Shown here: one piece after another, positions 54,784 through 63,928 of the stretch
How positions within the stretch are numbered: the first letter of the stretch is position 1
Layout of the letters: each line of letters opens with the position of its first letter
Source of the DNA: a virus
Lineage: Duplodnaviria > Caudoviricetes
Direction: 5' to 3' (one strand)
Virus record (IMG/VR): IMGVR_UViG_3300044658_000017
Span: 24,639 to 88,638 of that record
Length of the DNA: 64,000 nucleotides
Translations under genes and position numbers: made by a program
The notes under the pieces: generated by a model
Databases searched by the model: none
The model's input: only the letters and a program-made list of their open reading frames with translations
What the model was told of the DNA's origin: nothing

Positions 54784-56127
54784 TTAGTTTTTAAAGGTTA
54801 AGATTTCTTTTCCTGCAACCAAATCAGAAAATGTAATCCATCTGATTCTATTTTGGTTTAAGCCTGCTATAGCTTTCTTAGTCCACTTCTCATCCACTGT
54901 ACCTTTTACACATAAGATGATAATCCTTCCAGTATGTCCCGGTCTAAATCTAAGTACTCTGCCTATTCTCTGAATCAAGTCAAGAGCTTTACTATTGAGT
55001 TGTTGAATAAAAGCAATATCCAGCATTGGTAAATTATCTCCTTCATTAAGAGCTTCTACACTTGCCAGTATATTTATCTTTTGATTCACAAAATCATTGT
55101 AAGATTCTGTACCTGATTTACTATGATATGTATATAAACATAGCTTTTCAGCATGATCTATACTACCACAGAATATTAAGGTTCTTTGGTCTTTGGGAAT
55201 GTAATTTCTTACTATGAGTTGAGCAGCATCTAACTTAGATTGTAGATTATAGATAGTTTTCATTCTATTGATATAGAAAAACTTTGTTAGCTTTTCTTTA
55301 TCTTCCGGTTTTTCACTGTTTTCAATTTTAGAGTAGTACTCATAATTCTTAGCTTCAGTAGTATAGAATGTCTTAGCTTTTGTCTCAATCTTAACATTCC
55401 TTCTGACTGAATCCAGTTCAGTAGTTATGATTGTTATTTCGTATGGAGCTACTACACCTAAGTCTACAGCTTCATCAAGAGTTATTTTGTAACATACTTT
55501 AAGACGGAGTTGTTTCTCAAGAATCTGTCTCTTTGTCCAGTCTTCAGGTTCTGTAGCAGTTAATGCCATTAATCCTCCGACTTGACCATGTTGGAAAAAC
55601 TTTGCAGAGTTTTCAGTTATATTATGACACTCATCAAGTACCACAAAATCAAAATACAATCCTGCTTTCTTAACAAGTGAAGCATAACATACTTTCTCTA
55701 CATTATTATTCCATATATCTTCATAACCCCATTCTTTAAACTCCTCTGCCCATGTCCTATCTCTTAACTTAGCTGTAGGAACTACTATAAGTACTCTTGC
55801 CTCTGACTTAAAGGTTACAAGACTAACTATAGCATCAATGGCTGTTTTACTTTTGCCAGTTCCGGTAGCCATACAGATCATCCCCCATCGGTTCATAGCC
55901 TTATGAGCTTGGTTGGCCTCCTGTTGAAGTCTGCTTTTCAAGTTTGAAGAGAGATGCCTAACCTGATCTTCTGAAAGATAATCTATAATGGATTGCCTTA
56001 ATTCTGCAAACCACTTAATATTATCCTTAAGTCTTGTACTTGCAACAGGATTAGGCAGATAATCATTCTGTCCATGTAGATAATCATGGAGTATATCATA
56101 TGTTGCTTTTACTTCAGATGTAAGCAT
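54784..56127 (-). CDS. Superfamily 2 helicase (DExH, ResIII/UvsW-like)
   Basis: MATGTGKS, VLDECH, ALTAT and IQRIGRVLR motifs. Confidence 0.9.
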   Translation of the reverse strand: MLTSEVKATYDILHDYLHGQNDYLPNPVASTRLKDNIKWFAELRQSIIDYLSEDQVRHLSSNLKSRLQQEANQAHKAMNRWGMICMATGTGKSKTAIDAIVSLVTFKSEARVLIVVPTAKLRDRTWAEEFKEWGYEDIWNNNVEKVCYASLVKKAGLYFDFVVLDECHNITENSAKFFQHGQVGGLMALTATEPEDWTKRQILEKQLRLKVCYKITLDEAVDLGVVAPYEITIITTELDSVRRNVKIETKAKTFYTTEAKNYEYYSKIENSEKPEDKEKLTKFFYINRMKTIYNLQSKLDAAQLIVRNYIPKDQRTLIFCGSIDHAEKLCLYTYHSKSGTESYNDFVNQKINILASVEALNEGDNLPMLDIAFIQQLNSKALDLIQRIGRVLRFRPGHTGRIIILCVKGTVDEKWTKKAIAGLNQNRIRWITFSDLVAGKEILTFKN

Positions 56128-56138
56128 AATATAAGTGA

Positions 56139-58052
56139 TTAATGAATATCAGCATAACTGTGACCAAAGGCTACAGATATGCCAAGTGGTACATTTAATT
56201 TTAATTCTTCGTTTGTATCTGCAATAGCAGCTTCTAACAGTGACTTGTGTTGTTCTTCTTGTCCCTTTTTTATTGGGTCAACATGTTCATCATGGAATTG
56301 ACCACAGATTTTAACTCCTCTTCTACGGATATGTTTGATATTAGTGTCAAATGCATATACACCAGTACCCTGATTAAGAGTTGAAAACTTATCCTTCTCA
56401 AACCTTAATGCATACCAGAATCGAGACACAGGATTAAATAGCCACATCTGCTTACCAATAGTTTTGGTTATACATGCATTAGCTACCATCTTTACTGCCT
56501 TATTAAGTCCCCAATATGCTTCAAGTAGTTTCTTACATTTACTAATTGGCCATCCAGTAGTAAGAGACATTTTTCTTGCTCCTACTCCATATACAGCAGA
56601 AAAGTTTACAACCTTTGCATCTCCTCTTATCTTCTTTATGGCTTTAAATCTTGCTTTCTGTTCATCAGTAGCTTTAAAATTAGGGTCTGACATATTCTTA
56701 TCAAACTCCTTATAGAAGTTAGAATCTTCTTCTGTAATCATTCCGGCAAATACTGCCATTGATAAGTGAGGGTCAAACCCCGGAACTCTCATCTTCTTTA
56801 CATATTCCGGGTCAAAGAAGAACATATAATGTTGCTTAGTAGTATCTTCCAGTGCCGACATATCAGAACCACATAAGGTATATTCATCATTAGGAGCTAT
56901 TAAACACCCTCTGACTAATTCACCATATGGTCTTGATACTTTAGGAAGGTTTACTACTGTCTTGTGCTGGAATCTTAAAGTATTAGTAAGACCTGCTATC
57001 TCAGCCTCTACAAAGCCTTCTGAATCCATATCCCTTAGAAAGCCTTTTAATAAGCCAAGTCTATGTCTTATAATAAACAAGCCTTCTAAGTTTTCTAAAG
57101 CTGGTTCTTTTTCAAATAATCTTTTAACACTTTCACATACACCTGTGTTATCAGCATTATTTATCTGAGGTATTCTTTTAGTGATCTGATGATTTTCATC
57201 TTTTGCAAACTTAAATGTTTGTGGTTCCCATCCCAGTGAATCAAGCCATCTTTTAAGCTGTGTGAATGAACCGGGATTACCCTTTTCAGTACCAGCTACA
57301 GTTCTTATTGGTTGACTATAATCTTCAGGTAAACCAAGATCATTAAGTATTTCAAACCATCTCTTACCAGCTTCAGAATGACTACCATCTTTCTTATATG
57401 GATTCTTAGGTCTTTTGTTGATCTTATAGAGAATATTATCAGGCATAGCAGCAGCTAAAGCATTTACCTTTCGTATCTCCTCCTCTTCAAGTTTGGAAAT
57501 ACCTGCTCTGCATCGGTCTATGTCTACCCTCCACTTGATCTGTTCCTGTTCTCTTGCACAATCCATCTTCCATGTTAAATAATCCATTATTCTATCAATG
57601 CCAGCATCACCGTAAATTGCTTTAAGATAATCCTTTTGCATAAAGAACAACTTCTCATTAATCTTAGTATCCTCCTGACACCTATGCATATAGGTTTCAA
57701 CAGGTAAATCTCTCCAATTATCAATTGGAGGTTTTTGTATACCAAAATCATTACCCCATTCATCTAAACCATGCTTAGGTCTAAGTGGGAATAAATACCA
57801 TGAAAATGCAAGAGTATCAAGTAACCGGGCTTTGATTTTTACTTTAAGGATTCTTTGGAGTTCAGGTATATCAAATCTTACAATGTTATGACCAATTAAT
57901 ATTTCTTCTTCTTCAAGAAACTTAGCCATATCATTGTAATTAGTAAAGGTAATAGTAGACCTTACTCCATTGTTATACCTTATTGCAGCAAGACAATGAA
58001 TTTTAGTTGAGACTAAACCATCAGTCTCAATATCAAATATGCTAAAACGCAT
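56139..58052 (-). CDS. polA: Family A DNA polymerase (T7-like) with a 3'-5' exonuclease domain
   Basis: FDIETDGL and HNIVRFD exonuclease motifs; SDMSALE (motif A), AKVVNFSAVYG (motif B), QFHDE (motif C). Confidence 0.95.
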   Translation of the reverse strand: MRFSIFDIETDGLVSTKIHCLAAIRYNNGVRSTITFTNYNDMAKFLEEEEILIGHNIVRFDIPELQRILKVKIKARLLDTLAFSWYLFPLRPKHGLDEWGNDFGIQKPPIDNWRDLPVETYMHRCQEDTKINEKLFFMQKDYLKAIYGDAGIDRIMDYLTWKMDCAREQEQIKWRVDIDRCRAGISKLEEEEIRKVNALAAAMPDNILYKINKRPKNPYKKDGSHSEAGKRWFEILNDLGLPEDYSQPIRTVAGTEKGNPGSFTQLKRWLDSLGWEPQTFKFAKDENHQITKRIPQINNADNTGVCESVKRLFEKEPALENLEGLFIIRHRLGLLKGFLRDMDSEGFVEAEIAGLTNTLRFQHKTVVNLPKVSRPYGELVRGCLIAPNDEYTLCGSDMSALEDTTKQHYMFFFDPEYVKKMRVPGFDPHLSMAVFAGMITEEDSNFYKEFDKNMSDPNFKATDEQKARFKAIKKIRGDAKVVNFSAVYGVGARKMSLTTGWPISKCKKLLEAYWGLNKAVKMVANACITKTIGKQMWLFNPVSRFWYALRFEKDKFSTLNQGTGVYAFDTNIKHIRRRGVKICGQFHDEHVDPIKKGQEEQHKSLLEAAIADTNEELKLNVPLGISVAFGHSYADIH

Positions 58053-58055
58053 ATA

Positions 58056-58418
58056 CTATTGTTTTGATCTTAGGAAAATGCTGTAGATAACAGCTACCTG
58101 ATGCCCAACAGGAACATTACGTTCCTTACATTCTTCGGGTGTAAGTTCACTGAATGCAGTAATAATATCAATGAACTCATCAGTATCATAAATAGGAGAC
58201 TCATTAGGCACATATAATGCAAAAGTGAAAGTTTCTCCTTGTATATTACCATCTGCATCAGTAGGTAATATAGTTGGTACACCATAAAATGCATATATGC
58301 CATCAGGAAGGAGTGCTACTTTTAAGAACTTAGCACCCTTTGGTAAGAATTGCTCAACTACAAATTTCGGCTTAACGTGTGGGCTAAATGGTACTAATAC
58401 CTGTTTATCAATTGTCAT
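58056..58418 (-). CDS. Hypothetical protein
   Basis: 120-aa ORF coupled to its neighbours. Confidence 0.55.
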   Translation of the reverse strand: MTIDKQVLVPFSPHVKPKFVVEQFLPKGAKFLKVALLPDGIYAFYGVPTILPTDADGNIQGETFTFALYVPNESPIYDTDEFIDIITAFSELTPEECKERNVPVGHQVAVIYSIFLRSKQ

Positions 58419-58774
58419 TTTTTAATTCTGAAGATATGGTTATAAAATAGATTGAAAACAAGATTCCATATTAATCCTCTTAGTGCAAGATCAATATACC
58501 AGCTAATTACTGGCTTTTGATAATAGGCTACAACTGATGAAACAGTTACAAGTATTATCATAATACTCTTGGCTATATGCCATGCATCAAGTTTATAGCC
58601 AAATATCTTTTTGGCATACTTCCATGATTCTCTTTTATACCAGAAGCCAAGTTGGTTAACTTCTTTGGTTTTAGAGAATATGGATTGGTAGAAATTTTCA
58701 TTTTCTACCAAATCCATAATAGCATTAAAGATGGGGGCTAATGCCCATAAGATTAGAGAAACCATAATAGACAA
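58415..58774 (-). CDS. Small membrane protein
   Basis: Two to three hydrophobic helices; LDAWHIAK motif. Confidence 0.6.
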   Translation of the reverse strand: MSIMVSLILWALAPIFNAIMDLVENENFYQSIFSKTKEVNQLGFWYKRESWKYAKKIFGYKLDAWHIAKSIMIILVTVSSVVAYYQKPVISWYIDLALRGLIWNLVFNLFYNHIFRIKK

Positions 58775-59109
58775 AACCCTCCTAAGGTAAATACAAAGAA
58801 TGCAATTAATGATAATGGCCTCATAGTATCCTGATCATCATCCATACCAAAATAGATAGCTAACCGGGGGCCAATACTACTTAACCATATGTCCCCGATA
58901 AGGAACATAATGTAGCCTATTACATCAACAGCAGATGTAGGATGTACTCGACACCATGCACCTACATTGTCAATGTCACATTGCTGAGGAATAAACCAAA
59001 GAAAGATTGTTGCCACAACAGCAGCAAATATAGCTGCTACAGGTACGAACCAAGTCATAATCTTCTCAAAAAGACTAAGATTCTGATACTCTTGTTTTTC
59101 TGTTGCCAT
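58753..59109 (-). CDS. Small membrane protein (3 predicted TM helices)
   Basis: FVPVAAIFAAVVATIFLWFI, VIGYIMFLIGDIWL and LSLIAFFVFTLGGFCLLWFL hydrophobic segments. Confidence 0.6.
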   Translation of the reverse strand: MATEKQEYQNLSLFEKIMTWFVPVAAIFAAVVATIFLWFIPQQCDIDNVGAWCRVHPTSAVDVIGYIMFLIGDIWLSSIGPRLAIYFGMDDDQDTMRPLSLIAFFVFTLGGFCLLWFL

Positions 59110-59569
59110 TTGATGAATTGGGTTTTGTTTCGTTAATATAAAGACCTAACATTTCCTTAGTAGAGAGTTTCTCGTTGATATTTCTCCATTCAAATACAAA
59201 CCACTCAATTTCTTCCATCTTCTCAGTAACATCAAGTTCGAGTCTATCATATCCACACATCACAAAACTAGCTCGATACTCATATACATCAAGTTCGTAC
59301 ATCATTATACATCTAACTGTATCTCCCATACCAAAGAGATATGTATTAGAGGAAGATCGGGCCACAATATAAGCTCTTATATTGTATTTTGCAACAGGCC
59401 AGAAAAATTGTCTTAGTCTTCTTTTGGTTCTTGAATACTTTTTGGTTGTTAATGCATAAGCTCTTAATACTTTGTAGATAGCATTGCCTATAGTAAATAA
59501 TATCCATAATACAAGTACTATATCAAATACTATAGTAAGGATGGTGAGAGTTGCATTTTCTGGTTTCAT
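59075..59569 (-). CDS. Membrane-anchored hypothetical protein
   Basis: N-terminal TM helix (LTILTIVFDIVLVLWILFTIG) followed by a basic segment. Confidence 0.55.
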   Translation of the reverse strand: MKPENATLTILTIVFDIVLVLWILFTIGNAIYKVLRAYALTTKKYSRTKRRLRQFFWPVAKYNIRAYIVARSSSNTYLFGMGDTVRCIMMYELDVYEYRASFVMCGYDRLELDVTEKMEEIEWFVFEWRNINEKLSTKEMLGLYINETKPNSSNGNRKTRVSES

Positions 59570-59958
59570 GCATTTAGGGTTAAGTTGTTAGGAATAGGTG
59601 GAGTAAAGTCAGAAGGCATTACTCTTGTACCGGGAGCATCAGCAAACTCAAGAGAATGCTTTTTACACATCAGATGATATACAGGTTCTTCACCATTACT
59701 GTCTTCCAGCCAATAAGCTCTGTCACTTCTCTTACCACAAAATTCACATTTATGTGGTTTTAAATGAAGACCGAGAGTTGCTGAATTACCATCCCAGTTT
59801 TCTATAAGCCTTTTGATCTGGTTTTCGATACTTTTAAAGGCTTCTAATTCACCGGGATTTAGAGTATCCTTGTTTACATTTTTACTTACTGTATGCATAC
59901 CTTTTAATTGAAGTAGCATCCAGTTTCTCTTTCGGGCAAGTTGGGGTTTGTTTAGCAT
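59566..59958 (-). CDS. Zn-finger protein
   Basis: CEFC ... LMCKKH potential Zn ligands. Confidence 0.55.
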   Translation of the reverse strand: MLNKPQLARKRNWMLLQLKGMHTVSKNVNKDTLNPGELEAFKSIENQIKRLIENWDGNSATLGLHLKPHKCEFCGKRSDRAYWLEDSNGEEPVYHLMCKKHSLEFADAPGTRVMPSDFTPPIPNNLTLNA

Positions 59959-59959
59959 A

Positions 59960-60211
59960 TTACGGTGTAGAATTTAACTGTTTTTCAAGATCATCAAGAC
60001 CATTAGGGAACACAAACTCTTTAGTTACTGTACCTCCGGGTCTTGTTTCACTTAGCTCAAAGGACAAGATAGTATTAATTTTTTCCTTATTACTTTGAGC
60101 TAATAAATTAGCATTATCTAACACTCCATTAATAGCCTTAGTTATAGCATCAGCTACTACATTGATATTAGGAGCATTAGTTCTTAGTTTTGTGACTATA
60201 ATAACATCCAT
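59960..60211 (-). CDS. Hypothetical protein
   Basis: 83-aa coupled ORF. Confidence 0.5.
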   Translation of the reverse strand: MDVIIVTKLRTNAPNINVVADAITKAINGVLDNANLLAQSNKEKINTILSFELSETRPGGTVTKEFVFPNGLDDLEKQLNSTP

Positions 60212-60552
60212 TAATCTTGGAATTTGTTGTTAGCAAAGATTTGTTTCATTTCACTAAAAGATAAACGAACTGAGTTATCTGGTAATTTATGGAGAACAAT
60301 ATTCACATCAATAATAATAGGAACTTTATCAATTGTGTATTCCCCCGGTATGAATGGATATTCTAACGTTCCTTTAGTAAATCTACCTTCATATACTACC
60401 ATATCTACTTTGGAATATACTCTTTGAAGTAACCAACGAGGGAACATATAAAGTCTTACTCCATCTTTTACTGACCAATCTCTCTTTTCGAGTTTATCTT
60501 TTATCCATCTGGATTTTATTTGTTTCTCTGTTAGGGGTTGGGATTGCTGCAA
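60211..60552 (-). CDS. Hypothetical protein
   Basis: 113-aa coupled ORF. Confidence 0.55.
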   Translation of the reverse strand: MQQSQPLTEKQIKSRWIKDKLEKRDWSVKDGVRLYMFPRWLLQRVYSKVDMVVYEGRFTKGTLEYPFIPGEYTIDKVPIIIDVNIVLHKLPDNSVRLSFSEMKQIFANNKFQD

Positions 60553-60555
60553 GGT

Positions 60556-61836
60556 TTAGACATTATTTAGGATTAATAATTTTGCAGCCCTTGTTATACC
60601 AGTATAAAGCATCCTTTTTCTTTCTTCCGGCTTTTTATTAAAGTTAATATTACCTACATTCAGGACTGCTTCTTTGTAGGTACTTCCTTGAGACTTATGA
60701 ACGGTTATTGCATGATTATATTTTGTTTGTGCAAATTGTTCTTCAAAGAAATATTTAGCTTTCCATGACCATCCAAATTTTGAGCAATTAGCTTTAATAC
60801 TTGCTAATATAGTTTCAAACATCTTTTGAGAATGTTCATGTACTATATCAAAGTCGTCATTAACTCTATACACTCTCATCTTAATCTTATCACAATTAGT
60901 AGGGCCATTGGCAGTAAACCTTGAAAAAGAAGTTGGTATCATAACCTGCTCGGTAACTATTTTTAAGTCTTCTACTTTAACTTCTTTATTTGTCCAGTGT
61001 TCACCTTTCGGAGCATCCATCACAAGAGTTTCACCAAGCTCAACCTTATTGGGAGTGCTACCATATAGTAATTCTCTTACTCTTTTATTCATAGTATCTA
61101 CTTCCATATTAGACCATGCCAAATATTTAAGCTCATCTGTACCATTGGCTTCAGCTAAATGAGAGATAATTCTTGTTCTATCATTCGAGAATATGTAACC
61201 TAATCCATCTGAAGTTACACATGGTTCTCTTTTCTTAATAAGATCAAGATTTCTACTTAGTTCAATAATAGGATTACCCTCACCCTGTCTGATTATTTCG
61301 GTCAATGAAAAGATAGGATAACCTCTTTTAAATACTGGACTTTCCAGTTCACCAACAGGGTTTAACTGTTGAGCATCACCAATAAATATAATTGGGAAGT
61401 TAAAGTCATCCAATAAATTCAACAAAGCAGTTTCAAGCATTGAACACTCATCAATAATAGCAAGACCACATCCTTCAAATGGTGGATTTTTATCTGTTCC
61501 TGTAGGTTTAAAATAAACTTTATCGAACTTATCGTCAATGATTCTATTGAGCTTTAATGCTGAGTGAACTGTTTTAAATGCAATGGCTGGATGATCTGGA
61601 ATCTTACCTTGAAGAATACTCAATGCCTTATTAGTGGGTGCTGTTACATAAATGAGTTCAGGTGCCCATTTACTGACTTTAAAACTCTTTGTATTAATGA
61701 AATGTTGAACTAATTCATTTGCTACAAAGGTCTTTCCCACACCGGCAGAACCTGTTAAAACAAGTCTTTTAACACCACTATTGATGCTAAAGATTATATT
61801 GCTTATTACTTCCTGTTGATGGGGAGTAGCTGGCAT
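60556..61836 (-). CDS. Superfamily 1B helicase (Dda/RecD-like)
   Basis: GSAGVGKT, APTNKA, IIDECSM, GDAQQLNPV, AITVHKSQGSTY and LYTGITRA motifs. Confidence 0.92.
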   Translation of the reverse strand: MPATPHQQEVISNIIFSINSGVKRLVLTGSAGVGKTFVANELVQHFINTKSFKVSKWAPELIYVTAPTNKALSILQGKIPDHPAIAFKTVHSALKLNRIIDDKFDKVYFKPTGTDKNPPFEGCGLAIIDECSMLETALLNLLDDFNFPIIFIGDAQQLNPVGELESPVFKRGYPIFSLTEIIRQGEGNPIIELSRNLDLIKKREPCVTSDGLGYIFSNDRTRIISHLAEANGTDELKYLAWSNMEVDTMNKRVRELLYGSTPNKVELGETLVMDAPKGEHWTNKEVKVEDLKIVTEQVMIPTSFSRFTANGPTNCDKIKMRVYRVNDDFDIVHEHSQKMFETILASIKANCSKFGWSWKAKYFFEEQFAQTKYNHAITVHKSQGSTYKEAVLNVGNINFNKKPEERKRMLYTGITRAAKLLILNNV

Positions 61837-61862
61837 TCTGTAAGTTTTATATGTTATTGAAG

Positions 61863-62048
61863 TTATTGACCTCCCATTGGAGTAAAAATTATAGCAACTT
61901 TTAAAGCCTGTTCTATTTGTTCATTACCTGAAGTTACTATTTCTTTCTCAAGAATAACTATATTAGTTATATCTCCATGATCTTCGGTAATCTCAGCACA
62001 GGCTTGATCTAGGCTAACAATGCCTTGTTTCCACATAAGTACGGCCAT
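61863..62048 (-). CDS. Hypothetical protein
   Basis: 61-aa ORF filling the gap. Confidence 0.45.
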   Translation of the reverse strand: MAVLMWKQGIVSLDQACAEITEDHGDITNIVILEKEIVTSGNEQIEQALKVAIIFTPMGGQ

Positions 62049-62057
62049 AAGGAGAAT

Positions 62058-62513
62058 TTAAAGTCGGGGTTTAACAAAGTTGATGGATTTCATAATCTTA
62101 CCATCAGTTCTTTTAATAATGTAAACTTTATACTTTTCATTGTATTCCCATATGGTAGCAATCCCCTGTTTCATATAACTGATTACACTTTCTTCAGCTT
62201 CTTCCTGATCTTTACAGAACTTAGACATATTGGAAGCACAAACTTCTTCAAGTATATCCAAGAATTTAGCTTTCAGTTTATTTTTAAGGATAGTACCATA
62301 AAGAACTACAAAAATATCTGCCAGTGCATCTCTTACTTTCATATCATTACCTTCAAGAGCACCCTCAAGATATTCCATAACTTCCTCCTTTAACATATCT
62401 ACTTCTAGTTCAGGATTTACTGGCTTATTAAGGTTACCAGAGATTTCATTAAATGCTTCAATAGATTGAAGACATAGACCAAATTTTCTGGAATCTGTTG
62501 CTGTAAAAGTCAT
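62058..62513 (-). CDS. MazG-like / PRA-PH-family NTP pyrophosphohydrolase
   Basis: MLKEEVMEY, DALADIFVV, EVCASNMSK and DGKIMK motifs. Confidence 0.85.
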   Translation of the reverse strand: MTFTATDSRKFGLCLQSIEAFNEISGNLNKPVNPELEVDMLKEEVMEYLEGALEGNDMKVRDALADIFVVLYGTILKNKLKAKFLDILEEVCASNMSKFCKDQEEAEESVISYMKQGIATIWEYNEKYKVYIIKRTDGKIMKSINFVKPRL

Positions 62514-62809
62514 TTAGATTTAGAATTTATAAGTGATTGAATTTGTCCTGCATATTTAGGAAGTCTCTTTCGTGCAACTTCAAACTGTCTTTCAGAAAGA
62601 TGATAATCGGGATTCTTTGATAGTTGTTCAGCAAAACTACTGAGTATTTCCGAATCCAAAGCATTAAAACCTACACCATTTGGCTCTGAAGTGAATCTTG
62701 CTTGCTTCTCTTCTTCTGTTTGTCTTTCCCACAATACTATCAAAGCTCTTTCAATCCATGATAAATCATTTTTCAATTTATCCTTTATGAATGATATAGT
62801 GTAGCCCAT
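62510..62809 (-). CDS. Conserved-looking small phage protein of unknown function
   Basis: ERALIVLWERQT...NGVGFNALD..LSSFAEQ pattern, which I recognise from other phages. Confidence 0.6.
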   Translation of the reverse strand: MGYTISFIKDKLKNDLSWIERALIVLWERQTEEEKQARFTSEPNGVGFNALDSEILSSFAEQLSKNPDYHLSERQFEVARKRLPKYAGQIQSLINSKSK

Positions 62810-62827
62810 AATTGAATGATTTAAGAA

Positions 62828-62861
62828 AGGTAACTTGTGTATTTTTCAACACAAGTTACCT
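62828..62861 (-). promoter_or_regulatory. 13-bp inverted repeat overlapping a candidate Bacteroidota-type promoter
   Basis: AGGTAACTTGTGT / ACACAAGTTACCT arms. On the - strand: TTG - 19 nt - TACCTTTC (consensus TTG-N19-TAnnTTTG, one mismatch). Confidence 0.45.
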
Positions 62862-62896
62862 AATCTAAACTTAAAACACATAGTGTCAAACACACT

Positions 62897-63577
62897 CTAC
62901 AGGGTCTGTCCCTCTAAAATGTTTGGAGTAACAAGTGCAGTATGAATGGCAGAAACTGCATTGTATTCCAACTCGATTTCAGGAGACATGTAAACATCAG
63001 CAGGGTCAGTAGACCTTACATCCTGATCTTCCAAAGGTTCGTTCCAGAAGTAAGTTCTTCTGTATTGTACCTTATTGTTTGCATCTAAGCAAAGCTGTCC
63101 CTCATGTGAATGTCCCTGTGGGTATCTTACCACTTGTGAGTTTGCAAACCTGTCCATAGTAACACCATTGAAGCCAGTAGCAATAGCTCTTTTCTGATCA
63201 TTAGTCAGAATAGGCTGATTGCTCAGTACTTTGTAAATAGTAGCACCGGCAGCATTTGCTACTTTTAACTTTGATTTGATTTGTTCTTCTGTAGCATTTT
63301 CCGGTACATCAATGAATGCCACTCTGTTTTCAGTATTAGAAAAAGTTTGGCCGTCTCCGAAGCCAAATTCTTCCATACTGAAAAGATTCTTTTGTTTATC
63401 ATTCTCTATTCTTTTAGAGGGATAAACACTGACAGTAGTAACTGTTTGACGAAGTTGTGCTGTCTTTGTACCGGCTTTCTGAAATTCAGAAACCATTAAT
63501 TTGTCTAAGGTAACTTCACTAAATGTAGTTGTGTGTTTGATACCGTTTTCTGTTCTTGTTTTTGTTCTGTTTGACAT
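62897..63577 (-). CDS. Hypothetical protein
   Basis: 226-aa ORF with a typical AT-rich leader (..CAGTTATG). Confidence 0.65.
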   Translation of the reverse strand: MSNRTKTRTENGIKHTTTFSEVTLDKLMVSEFQKAGTKTAQLRQTVTTVSVYPSKRIENDKQKNLFSMEEFGFGDGQTFSNTENRVAFIDVPENATEEQIKSKLKVANAAGATIYKVLSNQPILTNDQKRAIATGFNGVTMDRFANSQVVRYPQGHSHEGQLCLDANNKVQYRRTYFWNEPLEDQDVRSTDPADVYMSPEIELEYNAVSAIHTALVTPNILEGQTL

Positions 63578-63628
63578 AACTGCTGAAATTTAACTGTGAA
63601 AAAATAAACGTGTGTGTATTGTGTACTT

Positions 63629-63850
63629 TTAATACCTCTGTAGTGGATAAGGAAGCTCAGTTGGAGGAATCTTTGGTTTTAGTTTTATTCTAATACCTTC
63701 AAATCCTCCTCTTTGTCCTTCTTCAATTGTAAGAGTAGAAATATCTAACTCCATATTGATTTGATTAAGTTCTTCACGTAAGCTATTAGTAATTAAAGCT
63801 GCCAACTCATTCTTAGTAATAGTTACATGAGCATCTATGTTTATAGGCAT
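63629..63850 (-). CDS. Hypothetical protein
   Basis: 73-aa ORF. Confidence 0.5.
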   Translation of the reverse strand: MPINIDAHVTITKNELAALITNSLREELNQINMELDISTLTIEEGQRGGFEGIRIKLKPKIPPTELPYPLQRY

Positions 63851-63871
63851 AAAACGAAACTTAATTTGATA

Positions 63872-63909
63872 AATAAAGAAGGGTAGCCCCCGTATGAAAC
63901 TACCCTCTT
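63872..63909 (-). terminator. Rho-independent terminator
   Basis: On the - strand: AAGAGGGTAG...CTACCCTTCTTTATTT, after a partial ORF ending at 63929. Confidence 0.5.
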
Positions 63910-63928
63910 GTGGCTCGTTCCTATATTG

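Noticed and set aside
53107-58052. Inteins or group I introns in DnaB, PolA or the RNAP, frequent in crAss-like phages
   Set aside because: DnaB (372 aa) and PolA (637 aa) are normal length with contiguous motifs. No C...HN splice junctions or LAGLIDADG/HNH motifs were recognised.
39994-62513. Z-genome (2-aminoadenine) or other hypermodified-base pathway
   Set aside because: No PurZ, DatZ, glycosyltransferase or thymidylate-synthase-like modifier in the window, and restriction-site avoidance suggests unmodified DNA. Genes outside the window cannot be excluded.
36700-63499. Short + strand or alternate-frame ORFs overlapping - strand genes (e.g. 45828..46208, 53386..53772, 62025..62393, 45098..45331)
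   Set aside because: They are shadow ORFs of well-supported genes on the opposite strand or frame.
47778-63650. DnaA boxes as a phage origin for the DnaA domain IV protein
   Set aside because: Only isolated near-matches (TTATCCACT-like) inside coding regions were seen, with no cluster.
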